The notes under the pieces are model-generated. The model was not told the DNA's origin. It did no database searches and saw nothing but the letters and a program-made list of their open reading frames with translations. The translations under genes were made by a program, and so were the position numbers. Below, piece by piece: positions 12,639 through 26,169 of a stretch of DNA of 64,000 nt. The DNA is from Octopus vulgaris (taxonomy: Eukaryota). The stretch is from contig OX597836.1 in assembly GCA_951406725.2 (NCBI GenBank), positions 7,998,001 to 8,062,000 of the forward strand, written 5' to 3'. The stretch's first letter is position 1. Each line of letters starts with the position of its first letter.

Positions 12639-14189
12639 AGAAAAGAAAAAAAAACTTTGAAGGAAAGAAGTTGAATAGGCTTTCAAGTTATTTACAGCTT
12701 TATCTACTTTGATAGATATGAAATTAATTGTTTTTAACAGAGCTTCTAAAATTCTTATGTAATTATTGCCACTTCCCAACCCTACCCAATTCCTACAGTT
12801 GTCACCTACTCTTCCTTACTTCTTCTCAGCCTTCAACACTTGCTCATTATATTTACCCAGCACACTCATTTCTTATCACTAATCATCTCTCATACACTCT
12901 TGCAACCTCTACTCTATTCACCCACATGTCCAGCCTCCACCCATTCACTTCTACTCAGCTTGTACATTGAGGATACCTTACATCCACCCTGACACCTAAT
13001 CACAGTATTTTTATCTCTTTCCAGTTCCATCCTGGCCACCCCTACTCTCCCTTTTATAATGCAAGTAGCCATGTAGCTCCCCCACAGCAAGAAACCTGTT
13101 CTGTTCTGGCTCTTTTCTCTCACACATTACCACCACCATCCCTTGGCAAAAAGTCACTTCCCTCTCTATTGTAACCCCTCTCAGTCAAAGGGAATCTTAG
13201 TCTAGTAGGCTGCATGGTGACCCAATCAGAGTTGATGTCATGAGAAGGAAAAAAAGGCATCCAATAATACATGCTGTAAAGGAGTTGGCATTATGAAGGG
13301 CATCTAGCTATAGAAACCATACCAATACAGACACTGGAGCGTGGCAATTGTAAGAGATCAATCAGATCTTGTCAATCCATTCAAACCCACGCCATGATGG
13401 TTACATGGTGATAAGGGTGAATGAAAGCAACTGCAGTCACTGGGATGAAACTTTTCTGATAACAATAACCAGTATGATAATGCTAACAGTCATTTTCTTT
13501 TGCTGTATGTACCAAATGATTTAAGGACAACAGCAAATTGTGAGATACCATTTTACCTTTCATTACTCAGATTCATGCCTAGAGGCATTCCTTGGATAAG
13601 GATGGTTAGTGGTGAGAGATGTGATACCCTCAGATGATGTATGAAATATATCTGTGTGTGTGCGTGTCATGGCTGTGTGACAAGTTTGCTTCTCAACCAT
13701 ATAGTTTCAGGTTCAGTTCCACTGTGTGACATTTGCAGCAAGCAACTTCTACTACAACCCCGGGATGACCAAATCCTTGTGAGTGCATTGGAGATCATGT
13801 AACAGTGGTGTAAGCTAGTGTCACTTGTCAGGCAAGCAGCATTCTTCCTTTCCTATCTTCTGCAAAAATATGCTTGGTCATACAGAAATATTGTTTTATT
13901 TGGAATTAGGTGAAAGTTGGTTGACCAGGAGGACATCCAGCAATAGAAAATTCACCTCAATAATGCTGTTTGACCCATCTGAGCATGGATAGGTGGACAT
14001 TAAAATGGTTATGCTGATGATGATAATGACAAAACATTAGTTGAATGCGATTAGACTGCCAATTTTAGCAGGTCAACATAGAGATCCTTTTGTTTATTCT
14101 TCAGACCAATATGCTTTTATCTAGGTACAATTCACAAGGCTCCACAGGTAACCTAACTGCTTATTTTGTCAGTTTTATTGTGTGTTAAG

Positions 14190-14450
14190 CTAAAAACCAT
14201 ATTATACTAGAAACTTATCAACAGTGGAATACATTCATAGATTTTGTTTGACCAAGACTGACCTTGGGTAAACAACAAAAAACAACAGGCAATAGACAAG
14301 ATAGTGGAATTTGCATAATGTATTCAAACTGCAATGCTGCACCCAACATGATTCATTACTGCATGTGTGCAGTGTGGTCCTCGGTTAGGCAGGCACATGT
14401 CAAAAAACTGGAACAACAGGTCAATGGTCCACACCTAGTCACTTAGCTGA
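14190..14450 (+). mobile_element. Decayed LINE (CR1/L2/Jockey-like) RT fragment
   Basis: YCMCAVWS..HVKKLEQ resembles the LEYCS.VWSP..I.KLE.VQ motif downstream of the RT core. Confidence 0.45.
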
Positions 14451-14514
14451 CAACCTACACACTCCTGGATTCCTTCATCAGAGATGACCTGTGAGAACAG
14501 AACAACAGAGTAGC

Positions 14515-14745
14515 CTTTCAGTGACTTTTAAGGGCTGGTGTTTACACTCCTATGGCTCAGTGCTTGACTTTTTTAAAGGTTGATAACCTTTCAATGGTCA
14601 ACGTTTTTAACAATTATGTTTAGTGTTTTAAGGGTCGGTGCTTACAACTCAAATACTCTAAGAAAAGTGCTTAGCTCATGTAAGGGTCAATATTTAAGTT
14701 TTTCTAGGGGCTGATACATAGCTCTTTTAAGGACTGATTCCTTTA
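14515..14745. repeat. Degenerate ~20-bp-unit minisatellite
   Basis: Recurrent ttttaaggg(c/t)yggtg(c/t)tta units. Confidence 0.55.
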
Positions 14746-15518
14746 ACCCTTTCAATACCAACCTATTTGAGCTCTGGTTTTAAAGTAACCTAAATGAAAA
14801 TCTCCCACTGAAATTTTATGTTGATTTATGTTCCAAATACCAGTTTAACAATAAGAGTTAATTTACTAAATTTGTCATTATTTGTCATTTTAAAATTAAT
14901 TGAAACAAAGGTGGTATATTTCACCAGAAATAGTGCAACATCACTTTTACTTATGGATCTCTTTCGTTCCCCAACTCTTCTGGTGGATGCCCCCCCACCC
15001 CATTGCCATTTGATGTTTCAAAAATCCTGTTCTATTTTTATAACTAGATATTATTAGGAAGTGTATAATAATTGCAAAAATATTTTGTATTTTCTAGAAA
15101 TATAAAGCATTTCATGCACATAAATTTGAACAATTAACTAAATTCTTTGAAAAAAAGAATATTCACAAATAAAATAAGTCATAAGTATTTAAAACAAAAA
15201 ACGCTATATTGAACTGCGTTAAGCATTAGAAAAAGAAACCTTTTTGTTTCTGCCCCAAGTTCATCTGAAGCAACTTTTTTTCATGGATCCCTAAAATACT
15301 ACTGTGGAGACTCACTTTACATGAACAACACAAAATCTTATGCAATCCCAGGTCATACAGACAGATTGAGAACTGCTTTAAACCAAAGGAATATTAAGTT
15401 TTCTCTGAGGTACCTCTGGATCAGGGTTTTAAAATATTATGGGCCAGTACTCAGCTCTTTCAGAGGTCAAATAAGGATGAGTGGCTAGTTCAAACTTCAA
15501 AATAAGGCAGATGACATA

Positions 15519-16642
15519 CAGGGGTTGGACAAAATAATGGAAACACTTAGCAGCATAATTTTGAAATATCTATAAAAATGTCAAAAGCTTGTTTATTTTT
15601 GTTTTTTTTTATTTATTATTAGTGTTGCTTGATATGTTTTGCTAAAATTGCTGTTTCTTTTCAGATATCATCAGAAAAAGGTAATTAAAATTCATTAAAA
15701 TGGCAAATCTATTGGACTTTCAAAGAGGTCAAATTGTTGGTGCTTGTATGGCAGGCACTGTTGTAATGAAAACAGCCAAAGTGTTTGGTGTATCAAGAAG
15801 TACTGTCTCGAAAGTAATGACAGCCTTTGAGAAAGAGGGGAAAAAAAACCTCTTCATCGAAACAAAACTCCGGAAGAAAACCAAAACTTTCAGATAGCAA
15901 CCGTCACTCTTACGTGAATTGTTAGAAAGAATCACAAAAGTATAGCTCCCAAAATTACTGCAGAGCTTAATGACCACCATGAGAACCCAGTTTCCACAAA
16001 AACTGTCCACCTGGAGCTGCACAAAGCTTGATTTCACAGGAGGGTTGCAATCAAAAGACCACTACTTTCAAAAATGGACGTTGCAAAGCATTTTGAGTAG
16101 AGTAAAAGCCTACAGAATTGGTCCCTAGAACAGTGGAAGAATGTTATTTTTTCGGACGAGTCATCCAAAAGAAGCATTTGACCTAAACTGCCTTCTTCCA
16201 ACTGTTAAACATGGAGGATCTATGATGATCTGGGGGGACTATATCTTGGAAATCTGCCAGCCCAATGGTTTCCTTTCACGGCAGAATTAATTAATTAGTC
16301 AAGATTATTTAAGTATTTTATCTGATCCAAGTTATCCTATGGTTGCAGAACTATGAAGTTGAACATCTTATCTGGCTACCACAGTCCCCAAATCTCAATA
16401 CTTATGGTGCATTTTAGAAAAACAAGTAAACAGTCAATATCCTCCACCATCATCACTACAAGAACTGGAGACTGTTTTAGCTGAAGAATGGACAAAAATT
16501 CCTTTGGAAACAATTCAAACGTTATACAAATCCATACCTCATAGAATTCAAGGTATAATTACTGCCAAAGGCGGTCCTATCTCATATTAAAATAAATTTG
16601 TTTGAAATTTTAAGATGTTTCCATTATTTTGTCCAACCCCTG
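15519..16642 (+). mobile_element. Tc1-family DNA transposon, both ends intact, transposase decayed
   Basis: Perfect 27-bp TIRs CAGGGGTTGGACAAAATAATGGAAACA (15519-15545 and 16616-16642), TA target duplication (15517-15518, 16643-16644), transposase motifs inside. Confidence 0.95.
15700..16590 (+). pseudogene. Tc1 transposase pseudogene
   Basis: N-terminal HTH (MANLLDFQRGQIVG..AKVFGVSRSTVSKV), SGRKPKLS, WKNVIFSDES (16134-16163), TVKHGGSMMIWG, WLPQSPNLN (from 16373), C-terminal AKGGPISY*. Frameshifts, stops, and deletions of the QDN and PIE catalytic segments. Confidence 0.92.
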
Positions 16643-18327
16643 TAAATGTCTCCCACCACCAGACCATTCTGTAGAATGTAGTAGAGTTGTACTTTTGGAA
16701 AAGACTGCGTTCTTTAGTTCAGAGCACCAGATATAGTGTGTAGGTAGACAAGTAGGTTGGTGGGTGGGGAGCAGGGGAAGTTAGCTTCCAGAAAGATGAA
16801 CTCAGAGAAGAGGTAAGATTGAAGTGAAATGGCAGGAGGATGAGATGCTGGGGGTGGGGAACAATTGTACATTAAATGGTAGTATAGGTGATAGTATAGT
16901 GTGATGGTGGTGGTGATATATGAACAATACAGGTAGTGGTATTTAGCTAACAGGTTGCGAATCACTGTTAGCAGAAGAGAAAGAGAGAAAGAAAGGACAA
17001 GAGGAAGAAAGAGAAAACAGAAGACATCAGCTGTTCAGGAGGTGAACGAACTTTCAATGAGAACTATTTTCGAATATTGATTTTTCCTTCCTGGTTCTAC
17101 AGACTTGCTTTGTTGGAACAAAGATGTAGTAATATATCTATGATGTAACATTTACTGTACAGTCTCACATATGTAGTGTGTTGTCAAACTTCGAATATCT
17201 GAGATTATCCAAGCAAATGGTAAACAAAAACTCCCTTCCCCCATCAAGGATAGTTCTTTGATATTATCTAAACCCAATACGGATGGAAATAACTCTGGTA
17301 AGATTAGTTAACCATGTAATAAGTTACCTCTAACGAGCTGCTTAACGAAGTAAACAGATAATCGTTGTTGTTGTTGTTCAGTTCTAGGTCAGTCCTGATA
17401 CAGCAGAGCTTTTATGATCAAAGGTAATCCAGCTACAGCTCACATGATAAACATTCGATAGAAGTTACCTGTATTCAACCATCAACAAATGGAACAAGCT
17501 TCCAAAATGTTGTTTTGCAACCACACAGGCTCCAGGTTCAAAACCCAAGCATATCTTACCATGGTATTAAGTTGATTAATATCTTGTGAGTAAAAGTTTG
17601 GTGTGTGGAAAATGAGAAAAAGCTTGTATCATCATCATCATCATCATCTGTTTGTTATGCTGGCATGGGTTGGACAGTTCTGCTACAGCTAGCAAATCAG
17701 AGAACTGCACTAAATTCCAATATCAACTTTGGCATAGTTTCTATGACTGAATGCCCTTCCTAATGCCAACCACTCCATAGAGTGCATTAGGTGCTTTTTA
17801 CATGGCACTGGTACAAGACATCATCCCCTCATCTGAGACGGGTGCAATATTGAGGGAGGTGACTTTATGCCAGTTAATGCAAGGCTGACATATATACAGA
17901 GGGACAGGAACTGGTGTCTTGCTGTATGTATAACTTTTTAGAGTACTTTCAAGATCAATACTCACAAATAAATAAACAAAGGATCTGTTAGCACAATAGT
18001 GACCCACTGCCACCACCCACTCACACACCTGACCAAAAATGTAGTGGACTCTTGGTTGGAGTCCCGTCTTTCATATCAAAATCTCCAACCTTTTCCTAGG
18101 CTTGCATGGCTCAGATAGAATTTGAGGTAGATTTTCTATGATAAGATGCCCTTCCTGCCACCAACCCTCACCTGTTTCCAAGTAAGACAATATTTCCTCC
18201 CAGCCAGACCTTGTCTTCACAGAATATTGGAAATGAATGACACTACTTGTATGACAGTGACAATTATTTACAACTATATCACAATGTCAAAGAAAGAAGA
18301 CACAAACATACACACAAATATACATAC

Positions 18328-18451
18328 TGCCAGATAAGACTGGAGCCTGGTGCAGCCTTCTGGCTTCCCAGATCCCCGGTCGAACCATCCAACCCATGCT
18401 AGCATGGAGAACGGACGTTAAACGATGATGATGATGATGATGATGATGATG
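18328..18451 (+). mobile_element. SINE family C 3' fragment, young, nested in a family A SINE
   Basis: Close match to the reverse complement of 2663-2770; ends ggacgttaaacgatgatg. Confidence 0.85.
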
Positions 18452-19652
18452 AGCTTCTTTTAGTTTCCATCTGCTAAATCCACCCACAATGCTTTACTGG
18501 CCCAGGGCTATAGAAGAGGACATTGACCCAAGGAGCAACACAATGGGATTAAATCTAAAACCATGTGGTGGGAATCAAATTTTTCAACCACACAGGTGCA
18601 TGAATGAATGAATGCATGCATGTATGCATGAATGTATATATGACTAAACATATACATGCATCACGGTAGATTTCACATTTGGGTTAATACACAAGGATAA
18701 ACTTATCTGACTCACACAATAAATAGGAACACAACAGGACTGTTTTGACAAACAAGTTGTTTGTATTTTTATCTCTTCTTCCTCGTTGTTTGGCCTATTA
18801 ACTCTTAGTCATAACTAGTACACATGCATATATGCACACATAATCATCATTTAACATCTGTGTTCCATGCTGCCATGGGTTGGGTAGTTTGAAAGGCCAT
18901 GACTAGCTGAGAGTTGTGTTGGTGGTTTCCATTGTCTGCTTTGGCAAGGTTTCCATGGTTGGATGCCCTTTCTAATGCCAACTACTATGCAGAGTGTACT
19001 GAGTGTGTTCTTTGTGAAACCAACAATAGTGGGGTAACCAAGTAACATGTAAAACAGGACCCCTTTACAGAGTAGGAATCCAGTTTCGAAGAAGGTAACA
19101 TTGTGCAAGGTGTAGAAAAGCTAAATTTGGAAAAAGACACAGGAACAGGTGTTTTAGCATATGTGTTTATATACATAGGTGAAAGCATGGTTGCATATTT
19201 GAGAAGTTTGCTTCCCAACCATCATGTTTTGGGTTCAGTCCTGCTACATGATGCACTGCCAGAGTGTCTTCTACTATAACCCTGGGCCAACTAAAGTCTA
19301 TGGGTGAATTTAGCAGGCAGAAATAGAAAGAAGTTCATCATACCTAGATGCATGCATGTGTGTTTGTGTGTGTCTTGAAATAATGAAATAGTTGTAAACA
19401 AGTGTCACTGTTATATATGCAGTTCATTCATTTTCAATCTCCAATGCAAATATGTCCAGCCGGGGAAAAATATTAGAAACGGGTGAAGGTTAGCAACAGA
19501 AAGGACACCCATACACAGAAAACCTGCTCTTCAAGAAACCAGCTTGACCTATGCAAGGACATGGAAAAGTTTATGCCAAGATAAATATGTATGTGTATGT
19601 ATGTACATTACACAAACACATACATACAAACACACCTCATTTTTTATTTATG

Positions 19653-19699
<47 letters not shown>

Positions 19700-20448
19700 C
19701 ACACACACCTCATATTTTGTTTATGACAAGTGCAACCAGTCACTGAACAATGATAGAAACATCACACAAGAGCTGTCTTTCATGTCAGGTTGTAGCATCT
19801 ATCTTTCCAGTCTCTGCTGCTGAAGAGGGGAAAAAAAAACACCCTGAAATGCATGCATCCAACAGTCTGCTTAGGGAACGCTGCAAACTGACTCGATGTG
19901 TTTACACTTTTCTGTCAACAGCAAGAAATTTTCTCCAAGAGAAAATAATGGTGAATGGCTTTCTTACAGGTTTGAATATGTTTCAAGAATATTTAAACTG
20001 CTAACAAATATATATATACAAATACAAACATACACATTTATACATGCATGTGTGTGGTGTATGCATGTTGCTTCCATGTGCTGTTAATACTGATTGAATA
20101 AAAGCGATGTCCTTGTTTACAATCTCTGGTTAGCAAAAGTGCTATAGTTTTTACACCTCCATTGCTTTCCATGCACATGGGACCAATTGGATATGAAAAC
20201 ACCTTACTTAGAAAACAGGTAATACACTGCCTTTGCGTCAATTAATTTTGAAAATAACGAAGAATTTAGTAACATAAATTAGTTATTATCGAGCTGGTGA
20301 ACGGAACATAAATTAACATAAAATTTTAAAACAAGGTTTGTTTGTTTGTTTTATCTCAAAACCAAGGATGGCCTTAGGTTGGTTGGTTTCAAAAGGGTTG
20401 ACATGTGTATATGTATCATATATATGTAAATACCTATCTATAGGTGTG

Positions 20449-20487
<39 letters not shown>

Positions 20488-20740
20488 CACACACACACAC
20501 ACATATATACATATACACATATGTAAATACAGATATATGATATATAAAATTTCTAATCAGTAAATTGCTTGTGATTTTTTCTATTGATTTGTTTGAATGT
20601 CTACAAAAGTGTTTTAATGACAATGTATACATGTGAATGTGTGTTGTGAGTGTCTGTACAAATGTGTTTTAGTGACAATGTGCACATTGGTACATGCATA
20701 TTTTATACATAAATATATGTTGTGTGTGTATGTACATATA

Positions 20741-20825
<85 letters not shown>

Positions 20826-21086
20826 CACACACACGCCAATATGCACATTATCAGAGAAACGCTTTTGTAGACACTCACACTAATCAACAGAAAAATCACA
20901 GGTAATTTACTGATTAGAAATATAGTCAGGAAGGGGTTAATTACTGAGGTCAACAACCTCTCCTTCGTTGTCCACCTCTTCTTCATGACTAGAACCGAAC
21001 AAGTCGTCATTACATCAATGTCACCATCGTTACCGCCGCCACCGCCACAACCGTCACCAACTTTTTGAAATCCCATTGCAATCAGT

Positions 21087-21121
<35 letters not shown>

Positions 21122-21607
21122 GGAAACACCCACCCACACAAACACACATGCACGCACATACACAGTCGCATTGTACATGTTTACTAATCTTCCTCCTCCA
21201 AGAGAGTTCACACACCGTTTACAATCAAAGTTGGAATCTGGGAGAAAAAGCCACGCTTCTATCTTCGCTAATCTAATAACGCTTTAAACCATTTCAGCAG
21301 ATAATGTCATTTTAGCTTCTTGTTTTAACGAGGAAATACAGACAGTAATCAGTAATTTCAGTGGATTATTTATAACTATGAGATGAGGAATTCTGATTTA
21401 GTGGGAAGGGAGGCTGCGGCTATTACTTGTGATGGAGCTTATAACCGGAGAATCAATGATGGGAGAAAGATATCTCTGGGTAGAGATAGAATACCTGGCT
21501 TCTATGATTGATGGATAGAATCAGATTATTGGAAGATAACAAGAAAACAGGAATAATTTTCAGAAAAACATTGATTCTGAAGGCTTGTTTTATCATTTAA
21601 TAATAAG

Positions 21608-22012
21608 CAAAGGTATGGTTGTATGTTTAAGAAGCTTGCTTCTTAACAATGTTTTGGGTTCAATCCCACCATGTGGCACTTTGGACAAGTGTTTTTTTTT
21701 TGTTTTTTTATATTATAGCCCAAAGTCTACCAATGACCCAGTGAATGGATTCAGTAGATGGAAACTGGAAGCATGAGTATCTTTGTCTTGATATCATGAG
21801 ATGGTGGTAAATGAGCATTATCATCATACAAGCAATTTTGTTCATTTCTTGTCGCCTATGAAAAATATGTTTGGCCATGGAGGAAATATTACCTTGCTTG
21901 GAAATAGATGAAGGCAGATGATGCAAAGGACACCTGGCTATAGAAAATCTGCCTCAACAAATTCTGCTTTACCCAAACAAGCATGGGGAAATGGATGTTA
22001 AATGATGATGCT
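21608..22012 (+). mobile_element. SINE with family A head and RTE-type (GAT)n tail
   Basis: Family A head, then ggaaatattaccttgcttggaaa..tagaaaatctgcctcaacaaattc..gatgttaaatgatgatg; also at ~13665-14025, 19180-19570, 24600-25095(-), 39060-39460(-) and 61520-61995. Confidence 0.8.
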
Positions 22013-23526
22013 GATGAAGATTTCTAACATCGGCAAAAGGGCTGGACTCAAGACACAACCAGTATAGTCAACTGAATTGACTCAAGATTAGAACTCAGAA
22101 AATCAGGGGCCATGAGTAAATATTGCTAAGAAGGCATTTGGTCCAATTCTCTATCCGTTTTACCAACCCTCCACTCCTGTACAAGATCTCAAACCCTGGG
22201 AGTGCAGCATATCTATCTTTTACTTGTTTCAGTCATTGTACTGCGGCCATGCTGGGGTTTTAGTTGAACTAAAGTGACCGCCAGTACCTAATTCTTTAAA
22301 GTTTGGTATTTATTCTATCAGTCTCTATTGCTGTACCACTAAGGGGGTTATCTACAAAGTTACATTAGTTGTCAAGTGATGGTGGTAATAATGGGGGCAC
22401 ACACACACACACAGAGGCTTCAACAGTTTCTGTTTACCAATTTCACTTACAAGAAATTGGTTAGCTAGAAGAAGACACTTGCCCAAGGTGCCACACATGG
22501 AGACTGAACCCCAAACCACAACACAGCCTTGACTTTCTTTACAGAGTAGGAGTCTACTGATGAGGGACAACAATGAGCAGAACAGAACATCTCTTCAAAT
22601 AGGAGTTAACCTGTTTATTCAACCTGCAAGAAATAGCAACCAAATCTCACTTGAATCGCAACCTACTGGTTTGAGAAAGGACAATTACAAATCTAATCCT
22701 AAATACACTATGTTTGAATGTAAATTATGTGGGCTGGTTAGTTCTACAACCACCACTACTAACAACTACTATAGTCACCACTATTAACTACAGCCAAGCA
22801 CTGTTGCTAACTACCACAACTATTGCTACTAAACTACTCCAAAAGCTATTTCAGCCCCTACTATAAACGACTACAGCCACATGTACTAATGACTTTGACC
22901 CCTGACTACTAATTATGATGAAAACTACTCTATCTCCCTCTACTAATTACTGTTGCAACTTGCCCTTTGTTGTACATGGACAGTTCCACATTGCTCTTGC
23001 CAATAACAATGTGCACATGCATGAACAAGAAACTGTTTCTAATAGGTAGACTTAAAGCCCGTACCAGCATTTTATCATGGCTGGTGCCATGCCACAAAGG
23101 GAGCTGCATTAAAGACCAACATGATCGGCTGAAGCAAGTTCTGCTTGACTGCCTCACATGTACATCAAGAGATGTTCATGATGTCTCTCTCACCCAACCA
23201 GGAGGGGTTTTCCCTCCAAGACTCCCGGATTATTAATGTGGATTGAACCACAGTCTACAACCAGAGACCCGGTGAGCTTGGATCATGTGTGAGCCAAGAG
23301 GTAGCCTTGCTATGGAGTAGGCATCTCATAACCACAGAGAAACACATCGGACTAAGCTGAGTAGTGGTTTACACTACTAAATTTTATAAATCATCACTTC
23401 TAATGAATACCTCCCACTCTACCATTGACTATGAGTCAGAAAGTAATGCAGATAAAAACTGCTTTGTTTTCTGACTCACCCCCTGTACAAAAACTACCAC
23501 AGAACCCACCAGCTATCTTACTATAA

Positions 23527-23856
23527 CAGCAGCTCTCAACCAGGTCCCTAAAAAAATTTTGGGGGTCCATGCAAGCAAAATAGAAAATTGGGGATACACA
23601 GTAGTATATTAAGGGTCCATGAAAACATTTGATTTAGATGTGTTTATTTTAGGAAAACAGCTAAATTTCTTTCTCAAACATTTTACATAGTTCAACCTAC
23701 ACAAGTTAATGTGCAGAAAACAAAATAGGAATTTTAAAAGAAATATCTATAAAACTAGCTATTAAACACTGAATGGTTATGGGGGTTCACCAGAACAGAA
23801 TTGTAATTAAAGAGGTCCACAGGTAAAAAAAAAAAAAAATTGATTGAGAACCACTG
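23527..23856. mobile_element. hAT (Charlie-like) MITE
   Basis: Ends CAGCAGCTCTCAACC / GATTGAGAACCACTG; 8-bp TSD tactataa / tacaataa (1 mismatch). Confidence 0.85.
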
Positions 23857-25624
23857 TACAATAATCACTATTTACTACTAAAATCATCAATACTAATTAT
23901 TTACTATTACAACTAACACTACTAACTAACTATAGCCACCAATACTAACCACCAGAGCTTTTATAACCAGCAACTTAAAATAGCTGCTGCAATGTATGTG
24001 TCTGTATGAGTTCGTTTGTGCGTAAACATATCACACTCACATTAACGTAGCTAATTGTGCCTTCCATATTATTCATATCTCAGCCAGCATGTAAACATAC
24101 TTAACAGTGCAGGACCACATAACTTGATCCAAATAACTCGATACAAAAGAAAATATTTTAAAAATTAAATGAATAAATAAAAAATTTGCTTAACCCACTT
24201 GACAACAAACGGCCCACCTTTGGCTCTTTCATACAGTAAAATGTGTTGTTTTTGAAGAGTTCATACTGAAATTAAAAACCTCCCGCCTCAGTGTTACAAA
24301 ACACTTTTTTTTTGTTAAAGAATATTCAAGTAATTTGCTAGTTAGTGGGGGGGGGGGGGAATATCTTTTGATGTCATGAAAGTTTAGTGCATAAAATGTT
24401 TACATACACTAAATAGCAAACATAAAATACATATGTACACTCTTATACACATACATAAATACACATATGTATACATATGTTGATGTACACACATACAAAT
24501 ATACATATATATACGCACACACATACACAAACACACATACAAATACATAAATGTATAATACAAACACACATAGCCAAAGCAACAACTACATACACTATCA
24601 TTACCATCATCACTTTAACATCCACTTTTTCCATGCTTACATGAATCAGGAAAAAACAAAGGCCAGGCAGGTGTTCACGGAAGGCTGCAAATGGATGATG
24701 TCACTTCTATAAAATGCACGCATGGGTTCGATAAAGTTTACTGAGGCAGACAAACTTTTAACAGCTGGATACCCTTCCCGTTGCCAACCCTTGTTTCCAA
24801 GCAAGGTAATATTATTTCCTCATGACAAGATGTTAACATGGAAGATTGGAAATGAAGGATACTACTTGCATGGCGGTGACATTTGCTTACAAGAAACATC
24901 ATGATGCCAAAGCAAGGAGATAAGAACACACACATACATACTCGAGGGGCTTCTTTTAGTTTCCATCTACCAAATTGACTCACAAAGCTTTGGTCAGTGC
25001 AGGGCTCTAGCGGAAAACACTCACCCAAATTGCCACTCAGTTAGACTGAACTCAAAACTATGTGGTTGGGAGATAAACTTTTTATCACACAGCAGCATTT
25101 TGTGAATGACTGGAAGGAAATCCAGTACGACTGTTCATACAAATGGAGTTGTCTGTTAGCTACCTTCCATGTCAACAAGTCAGGACAAGGAGGTGGGGAA
25201 TAAATTACCTTGATTGGAAATGGATGAGGGTTGACAAGAAGAAGAGATACAGCTGTAAGATGTCTTGCAAACAACTTGCATATGCAAGTGCTACCAGTCA
25301 AAAACTCTGCATACCAGAAGCCAGCAAGTGTATGGGGTCATCAGGAGAGAATGCGCGCCGTTTCGGGGCCTACCTCTCGACGGCATCAATGTGCACCAGC
25401 CCCACTCACTGATATGAAATCCCACTTGCTAGATCAGCTGGTTATCAAATAAAGCTCAATATTCTTCTAGCCATCGCTCATCGTCTCTTTTTAACCAAAT
25501 CCAGTGGCGAGCCTTCTCCACTGTAGTTTGGATATCGGTCATGATGGTATTGACTTTACAATGAGTTAGAAAATAGGCCACAACAAAGTTTTGCTGATTC
25601 ATACGAGCACAGAATAGTAGGCAT

Positions 25625-26093
25625 TAACCCTTTAGCAATCAGATCATTTTGTCAAATGTAATGTTTGTTTATTTGCACTGATTTGAATTAATTATGCATT
25701 ATCTCGTTGAAATTTCAATGGGTTTTATTCATTTACATGTTTCAGTCATCTGACTGCAGCCATGCTAGAGCACCACCTATTTCTTCATTTTTAAAATGAC
25801 ATTGTAGGATAGGTGCAAGAGACTGAATCTGTCCAGTTTTAACATAAAACAAGAATATTTGAGCTGGAAACAGCTGGTTTTATGAAATTACTCTGTCAAA
25901 TGTAATGTTTATTTATTCACATTGTTTTGAATTAAATCATGCATTATCTCGTTAAGATTTCAATAATGTGATTGCTTATTTTTAGAATGGTATTATAGAC
26001 CAGGTGTGAGAGGCTGGATCTGGCCAGTTTTAACATAAAAAACAAGTAGAATATTTGAGCTGGATACAGCTGGTTTAAATGCCAAAGGATTAA
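25625..26093. mobile_element. piggyBac-type MITE with internal duplication and a short SINE-tail insert, next to the Ig exon donor
   Basis: ttaaccctttagcaatcag..aatgccaaaggattaa; the body occurs twice (~25645-25880 and ~25890-26090); SINE tail at ~25732-25775. Confidence 0.7.
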
Positions 26094-26169
26094 GATGAAG
26101 ATGACAGGCAACATAAAAATAAACCAAAAACAAGATGGTCAAGGAAGTCCAGAAGGTGCAACAACATAC

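Noticed and set aside
20669-21211. Longest ORF in the track (180 aa)
   Set aside because: Built from (CT)n, (TA)n, (CA)n and GGC runs; no domain signature.
25330-25375. GAAAC..CTGATGA on the minus strand as a type II hammerhead
   Set aside because: The putative stem II strands (cccc/cccc) cannot pair, and the 50.1-kb copy lacks GAAA.
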